From: Candidatus Poribacteria bacterium
GTDB taxonomy: Bacteria > Poribacteria > WGA-4E > PCPOR2b
Reading direction: 5' to 3'
Assembly (NCBI GenBank): GCA_965218095.1
Contig: OZ244587.1
Span: forward strand, 2,144,001 to 2,208,000
Length of the DNA: 64,000 bases
Made by a program: the position numbers and the translations under genes. Below the pieces are notes generated by a model. That model searched no databases. It worked only from the letters and a program-made list of their open reading frames with translations, and was not told the origin of the DNA. Shown piece by piece: positions 30,301 through 39,185 of the stretch (positions are counted from its first letter, which is position 1; every line of letters starts with the position of its first letter).

Positions 30301-30480
30301 GATTTTGGTCTTTTCGTATTCGTATTGATAAAACTTCCTTTGAATCTCCTTCCATGGTCGTCTTGCAACCGTTTCATCAAAAAACCCCCACAGGGTAACA
30401 AGCCCCAATAATCCGGAAAGGAGGAAAAATAGGGCTGAGTAAGATTTTTCTTCGACTGGGATTTCTTGTTTGCTCCTCAC
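27367..30480 (-). CDS. octaheme cytochrome c subunit of the Rieske/cytochrome b complex
   Basis: N-terminal TM, a helical/coiled-coil region, then eight CxxCH motifs (CATCH, CVLCH, CRRCH, CHGCH, CLACH, CLGCH, CTGCH, CISCH), several followed by MP Met ligands. Confidence 0.88.
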   Translation of the reverse strand: MRSKQEIPVEEKSYSALFFLLSGLLGLVTLWGFFDETVARRPWKEIQRKFYQYEYEKTKIEMENAKKDLPEIQEPQDIDPQQEGKLRSVITRAKIKLDEALQDRKFEQSEADAINYKYQHALHHKEKEKSEKWKGKLDESESRIEGELTDAVLEAKRKLSGAYRGLAELYEASEHLEAALGEYLLAKKYNPPDTALTDKTSELRAKVGEIKANQAKHVAIAKIEEKLHSVSGIKRTIAGDLLESPFTKTRSLVQYYIQDFDYTADRCATCHFATDKSGYEATAKETFEAVEGDGESKLSYQLMHPFVKVGGEIVLIDEEEAEEGSYKLSDDGTFTFNDPDIYADVVEITYETGYDSELRTHPHRDVLLAKHPVERFGCVLCHGGQGQALTQKSAHALTHKEFWLTPVLGLDEHTGKASEEFRGYMQSNCRRCHDGVMMLDYPSPETGETRDYSPDLSKGMGLFEDLGCHGCHAVEGYSALANIDKVGPSLAKIGSKVNNVDWLEGWIKKPAAYLPDTKMPTFFPVEKLTQMVYLKNGNKHTGVVTKTVDGIILQKDDGTPYPYQDSAIDKIVDEVKSIAAFLAQMKDPTIDQADATFSTSPEAIAAGEETVKTVGCLACHAVGELGSDFAPKLEGVGSKVTPNFLRRWISNPKSYDPDTVMPSLRLTDSEVDNVVAYLMSLKAPITSPVAGQEYPDAEIDPAEGEKFVRTYGCLGCHNIPGFENESKVGADLGEFGAKTVEELDFGDTTNIEHSWHGWTIGKVTNPRRYQTRRIVSRMPIFPIDEDDARALAVLIKSFQPEKYPLSYIHQPSEKTSQIDAGQRLVKKFNCTGCHQIEGKGGDFVNVVAANKELDLTNAQRLAPPTLQAQGAKVYPDWLFEFLKGPTPIRYGLEVRMPTFGLVDDDATALVKYFSALSDEPFPYETIALQPPDQTQLSVGKQIFDALQCISCHPEQGEVIPPGSDKTGRPDLALAKHRLKADWVIEWLKDPQTFQPGTAMPQNWPKIGGEYQAVEGFADNDAEKQIRFVRDYLISLSE

Positions 30481-30542
30481 GACTTCTATTAACTCCTTAT
30501 CGTTAGCGTATAGATTTATGAGGCGATAAGCCTATATCCCTG

Positions 30543-31409
30543 TTAGATATTGAACCATGGTGTCACCCAGATGTATTTGATATTTCCTACCCATCGGAGA
30601 ATCATTTTGATCGGTAATGAAAGCATCGTTAAAAACAGAAATGAAGTGACAATGTATCGCACCAATCCAAGCTCTTGCAGAAACTTGCTTGTCTTTATCC
30701 TCCAAAAATAAAAGATGGGGCCTAAGGCAAAGTAACCCGCAACACAAACAAATCCAACGAAGGCAGCAGTTCGATCGTTTCGGATGCCCAATAAATAGGT
30801 CAAGTTGACATTCGTTAATGGGACAACTTTGTGCGGATCCCATTCTTTCCATGGGGCGAAAAAGTTCCAACCGGGACCTCTCAAAAAGGTGCCGACGACC
30901 ATCAGCGCAATCCATAACACGAAAAAGCCGAAACAGAAAGTTACAAGTGCAAATGGACGCTCTTTCAGCGTATAGTAGCCTTTTCCCTTGGGGTTAATGT
31001 CTATATAGGGAATAGCGATTAAGCCAGCAATAATCAGCCCCGGCAACACAACACCTGCAATCCACGGATCAAAGTAAACCAGCATTTCCTGTAATGCAAG
31101 GAAATACCAGGGGGCTTTAGAAGGGTTCGGAGTTTTCGTTGGATTACTCGGCTCCTCAAGCGGGGCGTCGATTGTAATCGACCATATCCCGAGAATCAAC
31201 ATCACAATAATTGCACAGAGAAATTCATTGCGACAAAGGTAGGGCCAAACGTAAACCTTATCTTTCAGAGCCGCTTCTGCTGGTGTGCCAGTGCGGTCAT
31301 TTCTGCGAGCTTGGCTAAATGCGAGCCATGTGAAAAATGGTAACAAAAATACAATCGCAATGATCGGGACATTATCCGGTTTTTTGATAAGTTCAAGAAA
31401 AGGTTCCAT
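30543..31409 (-). CDS. petD: cytochrome b C-terminal / subunit IV-like protein
   Basis: APLEEPSNPTKTPNPSKAPWYFL (PEWY-equivalent), IPYIDINP..G....ERP; extra TMs. Confidence 0.82.
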   Translation of the reverse strand: MEPFLELIKKPDNVPIIAIVFLLPFFTWLAFSQARRNDRTGTPAEAALKDKVYVWPYLCRNEFLCAIIVMLILGIWSITIDAPLEEPSNPTKTPNPSKAPWYFLALQEMLVYFDPWIAGVVLPGLIIAGLIAIPYIDINPKGKGYYTLKERPFALVTFCFGFFVLWIALMVVGTFLRGPGWNFFAPWKEWDPHKVVPLTNVNLTYLLGIRNDRTAAFVGFVCVAGYFALGPIFYFWRIKTSKFLQELGLVRYIVTSFLFLTMLSLPIKMILRWVGNIKYIWVTPWFNI

Positions 31410-31575
31410 ACTTCACCTCCCAAAAAAGAATTCATCGGTTTATGAGTTCATTGTTGAACGCCAACTGAACCCCTGAACAACTGAACTTTCTTCATCAACC
31501 ATACTTCGAGCATGTCATATTATGGAGATTGAAAATTTAATTCGGTAAAACCGTATTCCTATCCATTATACACTT

Positions 31576-32349
31576 CTATAGTGGCCCAGAGATGCCCCCA
31601 TCCTTGCGGACACGCCAAAAGTGCAATGCCATCAACACGCTTGCTAAAAGTGGCACAGCGACACAATGCAGGATATAGAACCGTAATAACGTTGATGGGC
31701 CAACGATTGTCCCACCAAGTAGGGCAAAGCGTACATCATTCGATTGTGTGATAATCTCTTGTGGATGGAATGGCCCTTCATGTCCTAGGACCGGTGTGGC
31801 TCGCGCCATATTTGTTCCCACGGTGACCGCCCAAAATGCGAGTTGATCCCACGGGAGCAAATAACCGGTAAAACTCAGGAAGAAGGTGACAAGAAGGAGG
31901 ATAACCCCAACTGCCCAGTTAAATTCTCGCGGCTTTTTATAAGACCCCGTTAGGAAAACGCGAAACATATGAAGCATCACAGAGATGACCATGCCGTGGG
32001 CTGCCCAACGGTGCATATTGCGCAGGAGCATCCCGAATGGAATATCAAACTCCAGATACTGTATATCGCGAAATGCGTACTCCGCTGTGGGACGATAGTA
32101 GAACATCAGTAACACACCCGTAACGGCGGTCACAAGAAACATTAAAAAGGTGATCCCCCCCATGCACCATGTAAATCGGAAATTGATTGCATGTCTAGGA
32201 AGCCGAGGGGGATGCAGATGCAGCCAGACATTTTGGAGAATCTGGAGGGTAAATCGCCTCCCCGTTTCCTCATAACCGTGGCGGAACATTGATTGCCAGA
32301 TCTGATTATTTGTTATTTTCTCCTTAAGTCCATTGCGTCTTTCGTTCAT
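31576..32349 (-). CDS. petB: cytochrome b6-type N-terminal cytochrome b
   Basis: WCMGG (heme ci Cys), RNMHRWAAH, LHMFRVF, GYLLPWDQ, RFYILH, ALHF, GISGPL motifs. Confidence 0.94.
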   Translation of the reverse strand: MNERRNGLKEKITNNQIWQSMFRHGYEETGRRFTLQILQNVWLHLHPPRLPRHAINFRFTWCMGGITFLMFLVTAVTGVLLMFYYRPTAEYAFRDIQYLEFDIPFGMLLRNMHRWAAHGMVISVMLHMFRVFLTGSYKKPREFNWAVGVILLLVTFFLSFTGYLLPWDQLAFWAVTVGTNMARATPVLGHEGPFHPQEIITQSNDVRFALLGGTIVGPSTLLRFYILHCVAVPLLASVLMALHFWRVRKDGGISGPL

Positions 32350-32400
32350 AGAAAATTCGCAGCATGCCTAATAAACTAACCCTGATCTTGGATCGGGGTT

Positions 32401-32500
32401 CTAAGTTCACATCGGCAAAGCTGTGTAACTCCTTTCTCTATACTCTCTATACTCTCTATCACTCTCTATCACTCTCTATCACTCTCTATACAGAACTTAG
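32401..32500. repeat. short IR-bounded element containing about 6 tandem (A)CTCTCTAT(C) repeats
   Basis: CTAAGTTC (32401) / GAACTTAG (32493); tandem repeats at about 32435-32490; a CC.GATC..GATCGGGG hairpin lies just to the left. Confidence 0.65.
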
Positions 32501-32520
32501 TTTCAACCCTGCAAATTCAG

Positions 32521-33009
32521 CTAAACCGTCAAAGAAGAACCGGGCCTTTCCCAATCGCCCCTTTCATACAGGAACTTCACGGACTTATCAACCAGAAGCT
32601 GTCCGTCTTCCGCCAAAGTAATCTTCACGCGCTCAAGTGGCCGTGGAGCAGGTCCCTCGTAATTGATCCCCTCTCGGTCAAAACCACTCCCATGACACGG
32701 ACACTTAAACTTACTCTCGGAGCTGAACCATCGGGGCGTGCAACCGAGATGGGTGCAAATCGCGAGCAACGCATAAAACTCGCCATCTTCTTTCCGAACA
32801 ATCCAGATGCGATATGGATTTTTTTTGAACTTTTCGCTGACGGTTCCGGAAGGGTATTCCCCGGGAAATCCAGCCTTGAAGGTTGAAGAAGGCTCGAAAA
32901 GGACTCGTGGGTATAAAAATCGAATCAGTCCCGGGCCAAAGGCAAGCCCAACAGCGGCAATAAAATTCCCCCACCCGAGAAACTTAAAAAATGAACGTCG
33001 AGATAACAC
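32521..33009 (-). CDS. petC: Rieske iron-sulfur subunit
   Basis: Tat-like SRRSFF, TM helix, CTHLGC and CPCHGS, GPAPRPL; GTG start with GAGGTG RBS. Confidence 0.95.
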   Translation of the reverse strand: MLSRRSFFKFLGWGNFIAAVGLAFGPGLIRFLYPRVLFEPSSTFKAGFPGEYPSGTVSEKFKKNPYRIWIVRKEDGEFYALLAICTHLGCTPRWFSSESKFKCPCHGSGFDREGINYEGPAPRPLERVKITLAEDGQLLVDKSVKFLYERGDWERPGSSLTV

Positions 33010-33123
33010 TAGTTCACCTCAAAATTAATTATTTGTGAAATTAGCGGACAGCGTGTGAAAGGGAAAGCACACGCCAGGAGTGTTTTGATTACAATTCGTT
33101 AGTCCAAATTTTGATCGGCAATC

Positions 33124-33186
33124 ATTATAGCACGATACAAAAAAGAGATCAAGCCCTAAAATGAAGGAAATCACGGATATCCGTGA
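33124..33186 (-). promoter_or_regulatory. sigma70 promoter (TTGATC-N17-TATAAT, extended TG) plus upstream palindrome TCACGGATATCCGTGA
   Basis: -10 at 33124-33129, -35 at 33147-33152, palindrome at 33171-33186. Confidence 0.8.
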
Positions 33187-34034
33187 CCTCTTGAAGTTTG
33201 CAAAAACGCAGCTTGAAGCATATCGCATCAACGGTTACGTCATTGTACTGTGTCCATTCCCACGCGAACTGACTGAGGCGTGTTTGGCAGCGGTGGAGCG
33301 CGTTGCGGTTTAGCTGTCTACCATCACGCACGATACAAAGCGGAATCACTATCGGCTCAAGCTGCAACTGCCGGATTCGTATTTGGTGTGAACTGGATCA
33401 CTCACTGCCATTTTTGCAAGTTGAACTGCATTCGGAAATTGTTGGGTTGGCAAGGCAACTAGCGGGCGATGATGAAATCTACTTTCGTAACGGCGGGATC
33501 AACGAGCTGGCTCCGGGTCGATCGTTTCCATGGCATGGAGATTCCGGATATGACTACGTCGAGTTTATGCACTACTACTTCTCCGATGCAAGGCGCGAAA
33601 ATGGCTGCTTGCGGGTAATCCCCGGCAGCTATATCGGTTCGGTCGATGGGTTGATGGAGGAGGTTAAGGGGTTGCGACAACAGCAGTTGGGCTCAAGCGA
33701 CCCGCTTGGGCAAAACCGTGCGGATGTGGAACTCCCTCGAGAGGTTGCGCTTGAAATTGACTTCTACCAGATGATTGCCCGGAGTTCTCGGATTTTTCAC
33801 GCAACCTACGTCAACCAAACGCAAAAAAGCCGGCTAATGCACCATTGGCTTTTTAGAGAGGCTTTTGCTGATAATCACCGGTTTGATTTCACAAAATATC
33901 TGACACCGGCGTTGATTGAACGCCTGCCCCCTGAACAGCGGGAAGCCCTCTGGCTGGGTCGTGAATTTTCGATCGATTCGAAATGGACGGGTGAACGGGA
34001 GCGGGAACTTGGGAAGGTTTTCTGGTTGGTTTAA
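33161..34034 (+). pseudogene. PhyH-like 2-oxoglutarate dioxygenase, disrupted
   Basis: N-terminal frame QLEAYRINGYVIV ends at TAG near 33311; a frameshift near 33382 leads into the frame with WHGD, ENGCLRVIPGS, RIFHAT..N...KSR. Confidence 0.75.
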
Positions 34035-34200
34035 TGTGCCAACCGTTCAACAGTTTCATTCTATTCCACCCTAATGATGTATTGATGATTTTAGTCAGTT
34101 TCTGTCGTCTGTGCCTCTCTACCCCTGCTATAATCGGTTTTTGGAGGCTTCTCCGAACAATCGCTTATGTTCCTGCGTCTGGCTTGGGGCTAGAGTCAGA

Positions 34201-34920
34201 TCAGGTTCGCAAATTTCCGCGAGCGAGAGGAAAGGAACGTAATACCTTGCATCGCGGACACGGTTTTTGCAAAATTGCTTGTGAAAGATCTATGTGAGTA
34301 ACCTGTATTTCACCGATCTCGATGTGACGGAGTTCGTCCATTGTGGCTTTGAGCGTGTTCAATCCTTCAAGGCTTTTCAGCCCAGCAATGCTGAGATGAG
34401 ACAGCCACTTCTCACCTTCAATTGAGTAGATCGGAACCGACGTCGCCTCTTCGTGAAACCGCCCTTGAATTTGAGCAATTGCACCGTTATCCTCGACTTC
34501 TATAATAATGAAGCTTGCTAGCCCATTTACGCTTCCTAGTCGGATAGAAAACTCCGGAACTTGGGTGAGAATCTGATCGGTTTGCTCAAGAATCTGTTCG
34601 AGTGTTTGTGGCTCAATGTCGTAGTCGCGCTCTTTTTGATCTGTAAGAAAGCCTAACCACTTGACTGTAATGTGGTAGTATTCCGTCGGCATGATATACA
34701 CGCCCGGAATTTGATGAATCTGATTTGTAATCAATCGAATTCTCTTGATGATTTCAGGTTGCTCGATGCGAATACTTAGCATAAAACTATTCTTTCGCTC
34801 CTCGCAACCTGCGGCTTCTTCAGGATTGTAAACTGATGGTTTGTAACCATTTTGGAACTGATTCCAGAGATTAGTAAATTTTCCCTGGTGGTTTTTCCGT
34901 GTCGGTTGAATGACTCCCAT
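34201..34920 (-). CDS. 2H phosphoesterase (2'-5' RNA ligase family)
   Basis: Two H-x-T/S motifs (YHITV, SHLSI) at typical spacing. Confidence 0.75.
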   Translation of the reverse strand: MGVIQPTRKNHQGKFTNLWNQFQNGYKPSVYNPEEAAGCEERKNSFMLSIRIEQPEIIKRIRLITNQIHQIPGVYIMPTEYYHITVKWLGFLTDQKERDYDIEPQTLEQILEQTDQILTQVPEFSIRLGSVNGLASFIIIEVEDNGAIAQIQGRFHEEATSVPIYSIEGEKWLSHLSIAGLKSLEGLNTLKATMDELRHIEIGEIQVTHIDLSQAILQKPCPRCKVLRSFPLARGNLRT

Positions 34921-35105
34921 AAAAATTGGGCGCCTGCTTCCATTGCTTTAAGGCAACAACAAGATACGCCCTACCTCCTTGTGACAAAACCTTGTGACAA
35001 AACTCTGGGGATTATCGCGGCGATTTTTTGAATACCGCGGGATATGCAAAATCCATTTCATATCAGCTTTTAACGGTTTTCCCTCCTTTGTAAGCGTGGG
35101 CAACA

Positions 35106-35191
35106 TAAGTACCCGGATATAAGTTTTCGTCGCTTAGACCCCGATCTTTGATTGGGGTCTGGACACTCAAAAATTTGTGTCCACCTGCTTA
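35106..35191. repeat. short MITE-like element with imperfect TAAG.A...GGA terminal IRs and an internal CCCCGATC hairpin
   Basis: TAAGTACCCGGATATAAGTTT versus the reverse complement of the right end TAAGCAGGTGGACACAAATTT; internal AGACCCCGATCTTTGATTGGGGTCT. Confidence 0.55.
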
Positions 35192-35332
35192 ACAGTTTGC
35201 CTGTTAGTCACACCCCAGCGGTTTGAAGCCTAAAATATATCATAAAGCGCAACGAAAAGTCAAAAAATAATGTAGCGACCACATTAGACCGTGAGGAAAA
35301 AACTTGCTCAAGGAAGCATTGGCGTTCCTTTT

Positions 35333-36377
35333 TCACCATTCCCAGCAGATTTCGACTCCCAATTCCTCTGCAAGATTCGCCAGATCTCGTAGATGGTCAA
35401 TGTGAAGCGGAATCCCACTTTCAACCCACGCTTCGCGTTTGCGCCACTCAATTTCCCCAGGCAAGTATACCTGATCAACACCTTCGGCAGTTTTTGCAGC
35501 CTGGATGGTCCGAATTCCTTGATCGATTGCCGCGGCGTATTCCTCAAAGTCGGTGAAGTTCGACACGTTAATGGCAATAAAAAAGTGTTCCGAAGGCACT
35601 CCATGATGTTTGTGGCACGCCATTAAACCACCAACCAAGGGACCTGCCAGAATGCCCATAATCAACGCTAGCCCATACCTTCTTGGTCCTCCAGCAGGCG
35701 TGAGGATTCGCCCGTCGTTCGCATCCTCGGTTGGCTTTCCAGCAGCGGTCAGCAGCCAGCCTGGGGGGATTGGCATTCCGTACATTTGCAGTGTGCCGAC
35801 CTTCCCCCCTGAAGACGCTCCACACGCTATGTCCAGCACAATCGGTCGTTCTTCGCTAGCGGGTAAGGCATAACTCAGCGGATTATTCGCGACCACAGCT
35901 TCAGCAGCGCCCGGTGCAGCGACAGATGGACCGCCTGTATTTGTCGTTGCAAATCCGATCATCTTCTCCTCAACCGCCATCATCGAGTAACAAGCGGCGG
36001 CGCCGAAGTGACCGGCGTTTCGCACCCCTGCTACTGCGATGCCTGCCGACTTTGCTTTTTCAATCGCCATCTTCATCCCCAAGGTGCTCGGCGGGTGCCC
36101 TAGCCCGTTATCTCCATCAATGACGGCAAAGCCAGGACCTTCCCGGACGACACAAATCTCTGGCGTTGGGTTCATATCTCCGTTAAGCATGCTTCGTACA
36201 TACGAGGGTAACATGCGCGTCCCGTGCGAATGTACGTTTCGCAGGTCTGTTTCGACCTGCAGCTTCTGCCATCAGTTCAGCATGTTCCTGACTGACCCCC
36301 GCTTTTTGATAAAGGTTTGAAGCAAATTGACGAAGCGAATCTGGTTGAACAATAATCTCTTGACTGGTTTGATTCAT
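35333..36377 (-). pseudogene. Ldh_2 family (malate/L-lactate/sulfolactate dehydrogenase-like) oxidoreductase, frameshifted
   Basis: The 5' frame (L..FA..LYQKAGVS.EHAELMA) shifts near 36265 into ETDLRNVHSHG..MLPSY...HFGAA..Y...NNPLS...VYLPGE. A sequencing error is possible. Confidence 0.8.
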
Positions 36378-36468
36378 GGATTCTCCCTCAATGTATCACA
36401 TTCCTTATCGGTTGCCAATTGGTATTTCTTAAATTGGATCGAGATGATTCATCTTGCGTGTACCTTCA

Positions 36469-36841
36469 CTACGGTGGAGATACCAATGCCAGAAAATCGG
36501 CAACGGTGACGATAGAAATCCCCTGATACTGATTTAGGAAAATAATTTCCCATATGATAGCTGCCGAGTGGCAACATATGGCGGCGGTCACCTGTGACAA
36601 TGTGAGTGGCGCCGCCAACGACCGCGCACTCCAAAATCTTGTCGTCGTCGGAGCCCGCGTCGATTACCTTGAGGGTGTTGGTAATCTTCACCAAGCGGAG
36701 AAAGCCCAGCAGATCAGCGATTGTGTCAGTCACTTCCGTAGCAGAAAAGTTCAATTTCACTGGTAACTTCTCTGCCAACTCATCCAGTAATTCCCAACAA
36801 ACCAATCCTTCCACGGTGCCCGCTCGTGCTAACTCATTCAT
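36469..36841 (-). pseudogene. PIN-family putative toxin remnant
   Basis: DDDKILECAVVGGATHIVTGDRRH..LGSY; first PIN strand is missing; a 31-bp insertion shifts the C-terminus QGISIVTVADFL. Confidence 0.72.
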
Positions 36842-37020
36842 GCAACCGCATGCCGCCGCGTACAGCGATGTTCATGGCTTCGTCCATCGCAGTGCCCGTT
36901 CAAACTCGCGTTGCACCTGATACAACTCTGCCCGCGCCAGTAGGCCACGGGGAATGAGATGCTGCGGTCCTGCCTGTCGCGGACCATCTACCGCCTTGCC
37001 CAAGTGGGTCCTGGCGTGGG
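36838..37020 (-). pseudogene. fragment of a TPR-like helical repeat protein
   Basis: Broken frames read ARTHLGKAVDG...LIPRGLLARAELYQVQREFERAL..DEAMNIAVRGGMRLHE, resembling C-terminal repeats of NTPase-TPR proteins. Confidence 0.45.
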
Positions 37021-37074
37021 AAAAATCACTTGTTCCTTGGTATCCTCCAAGATTCTGGTGAGCAGTACGCCACC

Positions 37075-37863
37075 CTACGACTTGTTGGGCGTGTTCACAC
37101 AGAAATCCAGCAAATCAATCAGCAACGATCGCATTTCGTTGCGTTGAACAATTCTGTCGATCATCCCGTGTTCCAACAAAAATTCCGCTTTCTGGAAATT
37201 CTCAGGGAGTTTCTGCTTAATGCTGGCAACGGCGAGAGGGCCTGCAAATCCAATCCGCGCCCCTGGTTCAGCGAGAATGATATGCGCCAGCGAGGCGAAA
37301 CTCGCAGTCGATCCGCCAAAAGTTGGGTCAGTCATCACAGAGATGTAGCAGAGACCAACTTCGGCGTGTTTGACGCAAGCCGAAGCAGTTTTCGCCATCT
37401 GCATCAGTGATAGCGTACCTTCTTGCATTCGCATCCCACCGCTGCCGGAAACAATGATCAACGGCAGTTTTTTCTCGGTCGCGTGTTCAATATTACGCGT
37501 CACCTTTTCCCCGACGACAGAGCCCATTGTGCCGCCTCTAATCCCAAAATCGCTGATCGTGATTGCGACAGGTTGACCGCCAATTTTCGCCGCTCCGGTG
37601 AGAATCTCCGATTTTAGCCCCGTCTTTGTGTAATCCCGCGCGAGCTGTTCTTCGTAATCGGGGAAATCTAAAGGGTTAAGCGAATACAGCCCGGCGTCAT
37701 GTTCCTCAAAGCTACCGGCATCCGCGAGAAGTTCGAGCCGTTCATAAGCACTCATGCGGTGGTGATGGTTACATTTCGGACAAACTTTATGTGCATCTAA
37801 GAAACCTTTCTCAGAAATCTCTGCGCTGCAACCTTGGCAGGTTATTGACTCCGCAGTCGCCAT
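37075..37863 (-). CDS. accD: acetyl-CoA carboxylase carboxyltransferase beta subunit
   Basis: Zn finger CQGC...CPKC, GGTMGSVVGEK, GGMRMQEG, PTFGG.TASFA, IGFAG, FQKAEFLLEHG. Confidence 0.95.
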   Translation of the reverse strand: MATAESITCQGCSAEISEKGFLDAHKVCPKCNHHHRMSAYERLELLADAGSFEEHDAGLYSLNPLDFPDYEEQLARDYTKTGLKSEILTGAAKIGGQPVAITISDFGIRGGTMGSVVGEKVTRNIEHATEKKLPLIIVSGSGGMRMQEGTLSLMQMAKTASACVKHAEVGLCYISVMTDPTFGGSTASFASLAHIILAEPGARIGFAGPLAVASIKQKLPENFQKAEFLLEHGMIDRIVQRNEMRSLLIDLLDFCVNTPNKS

Positions 37864-37920
37864 CTGTGTACACTCCATCTTTGTATTGTGTAAGTAAACC
37901 TATGACTTATTGAATAAGTT

Positions 37921-37949
37921 ATAATACCTCTGGTGGCAGGGTTTGTCAA
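37921..37949 (-). promoter_or_regulatory. sigma70 promoter of accD
   Basis: TTGACA-N17-TATTAT on the minus strand. Confidence 0.65.
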
Positions 37950-38259
37950 GCCAAAATGGGGCATGAGATCCGCGTTAACCGCAGTTGCTGTACCTCGTCG
38001 TCACTGAAAATGAACAGAAATTCATCCTTGAAGAACATAGCTGTTTGTGATATTATTTTGCGGTTTGATTTTGAGATGCTAGCGCTTGAATGGATTCTTT
38101 TGTTGCAGAATTACAACGATGCGGTATCAAAAAAAATCTCAGTGGGAAAAGGGTGACAGCGCCCGAAACTTCTCAAATTCTCCAGATGTTCAACAGTCGG
38201 CAGTTCCCTGGATGCTCTTTCCTCGCATCATCACCGCCCTATTTTTTCCCTTCTAAAGC

Positions 38260-38274
38260 TGGCACAGAGTTTGC
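38260..38274 (+). promoter_or_regulatory. putative sigma54 (-24/-12) promoter
   Basis: TGGCAC-AGAGT-TTGC with exact GG-N10-GC spacing, about 65 bp before the lipoprotein ATG. Confidence 0.65.
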
Positions 38275-38339
38275 CTTAGAATTTTGGTGTAATGATTGTC
38301 AATTTCAGAAAACCTCAATAATTGAAAGGAGAAAAACTT

Positions 38340-39152
38340 ATGTTGACGCAAATACACCGAATTCTCACCGCATTTCTTTTCGTAATAACGCCGTTTTTCT
38401 TGATTTTAGGCTGTGACTCTAACGACGATAATCCAATTAAGGCCGACACCGAACCACCGGCTATACCACGGGGTGTGAGGAGTATCACCGGCGACGGTCA
38501 GGTGACGATTGAATGGTTCCCAAATGGCGAACAGGATCTCGACAGGTATAAAATCTGGCGTGACGAAAATGGCGACGAAGAATTTGATCTGCTCGTGGAG
38601 GTTTCATCGAATACCCCTCGCTTTGTGGATGAGGATGTCAGCAACGGCATCACCTATTCTTATGCAGTTTCCGCCGTTGACCGCGAGGGCAACGAAAGCG
38701 ATTTGAGTCCAGAAAAGGTGACTGACACGCCGCGTCCATCGGGAAATAATGTGACACTGAACGACTTTAACCTCTTTCCGGACCGAAGTGGATTTGATTT
38801 TTCTCAGCCGTCAAGGGGCGCAATTACCTGGGATCTCCCCGCGACCGATATCTATTTTGGGTTCGATACAGAGGTGAACGTTCCTTATCTCTATTCAGAT
38901 AACTTGACGGAAATGCAAGACATGGGGTATCACGACGGTTTCGATGAGGTGGATGTCTCGCCCGTGCGAGGCTTCACGACCGAATTCGTCGAGCTTATTG
39001 AGGGTCATATTTATACTATATTTACTCCCGATGGAAACTTTGCGAAGATCCATGTCATTGCTGTCTCCGATAATTCGGCCACTTTTAATTGGGCATACCA
39101 GATTGATCCGGATAACCCACAGCTTACGCCACCACGTCCGATTGACAATTGA
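38340..39152 (+). CDS. lipoprotein with fibronectin type III-like domain
   Basis: AGGAG RBS; lipobox ILGC; PPA.PRGV..ITGDG.VTIEW...Y.YAVSAVD..GNES. Confidence 0.82.
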   Translation: MLTQIHRILTAFLFVITPFFLILGCDSNDDNPIKADTEPPAIPRGVRSITGDGQVTIEWFPNGEQDLDRYKIWRDENGDEEFDLLVEVSSNTPRFVDEDVSNGITYSYAVSAVDREGNESDLSPEKVTDTPRPSGNNVTLNDFNLFPDRSGFDFSQPSRGAITWDLPATDIYFGFDTEVNVPYLYSDNLTEMQDMGYHDGFDEVDVSPVRGFTTEFVELIEGHIYTIFTPDGNFAKIHVIAVSDNSATFNWAYQIDPDNPQLTPPRPIDN

Positions 39153-39185
39153 CCACTGTCAATTGTTCAGAGGGTATCAATAGAT

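Noticed and set aside
32435-32490. Tandem ACTCTCTATC repeats (also 62846-62890) as a possible CRISPR array
   Set aside because: Units are 9-10 bp with no unique spacers, and there are no cas genes.
33300-33395. In-frame TAG/TGA in the PhyH-like gene as possible recoding (pyrrolysine or selenocysteine)
   Set aside because: A frameshift is also needed to restore the protein, so decay is the simpler explanation.
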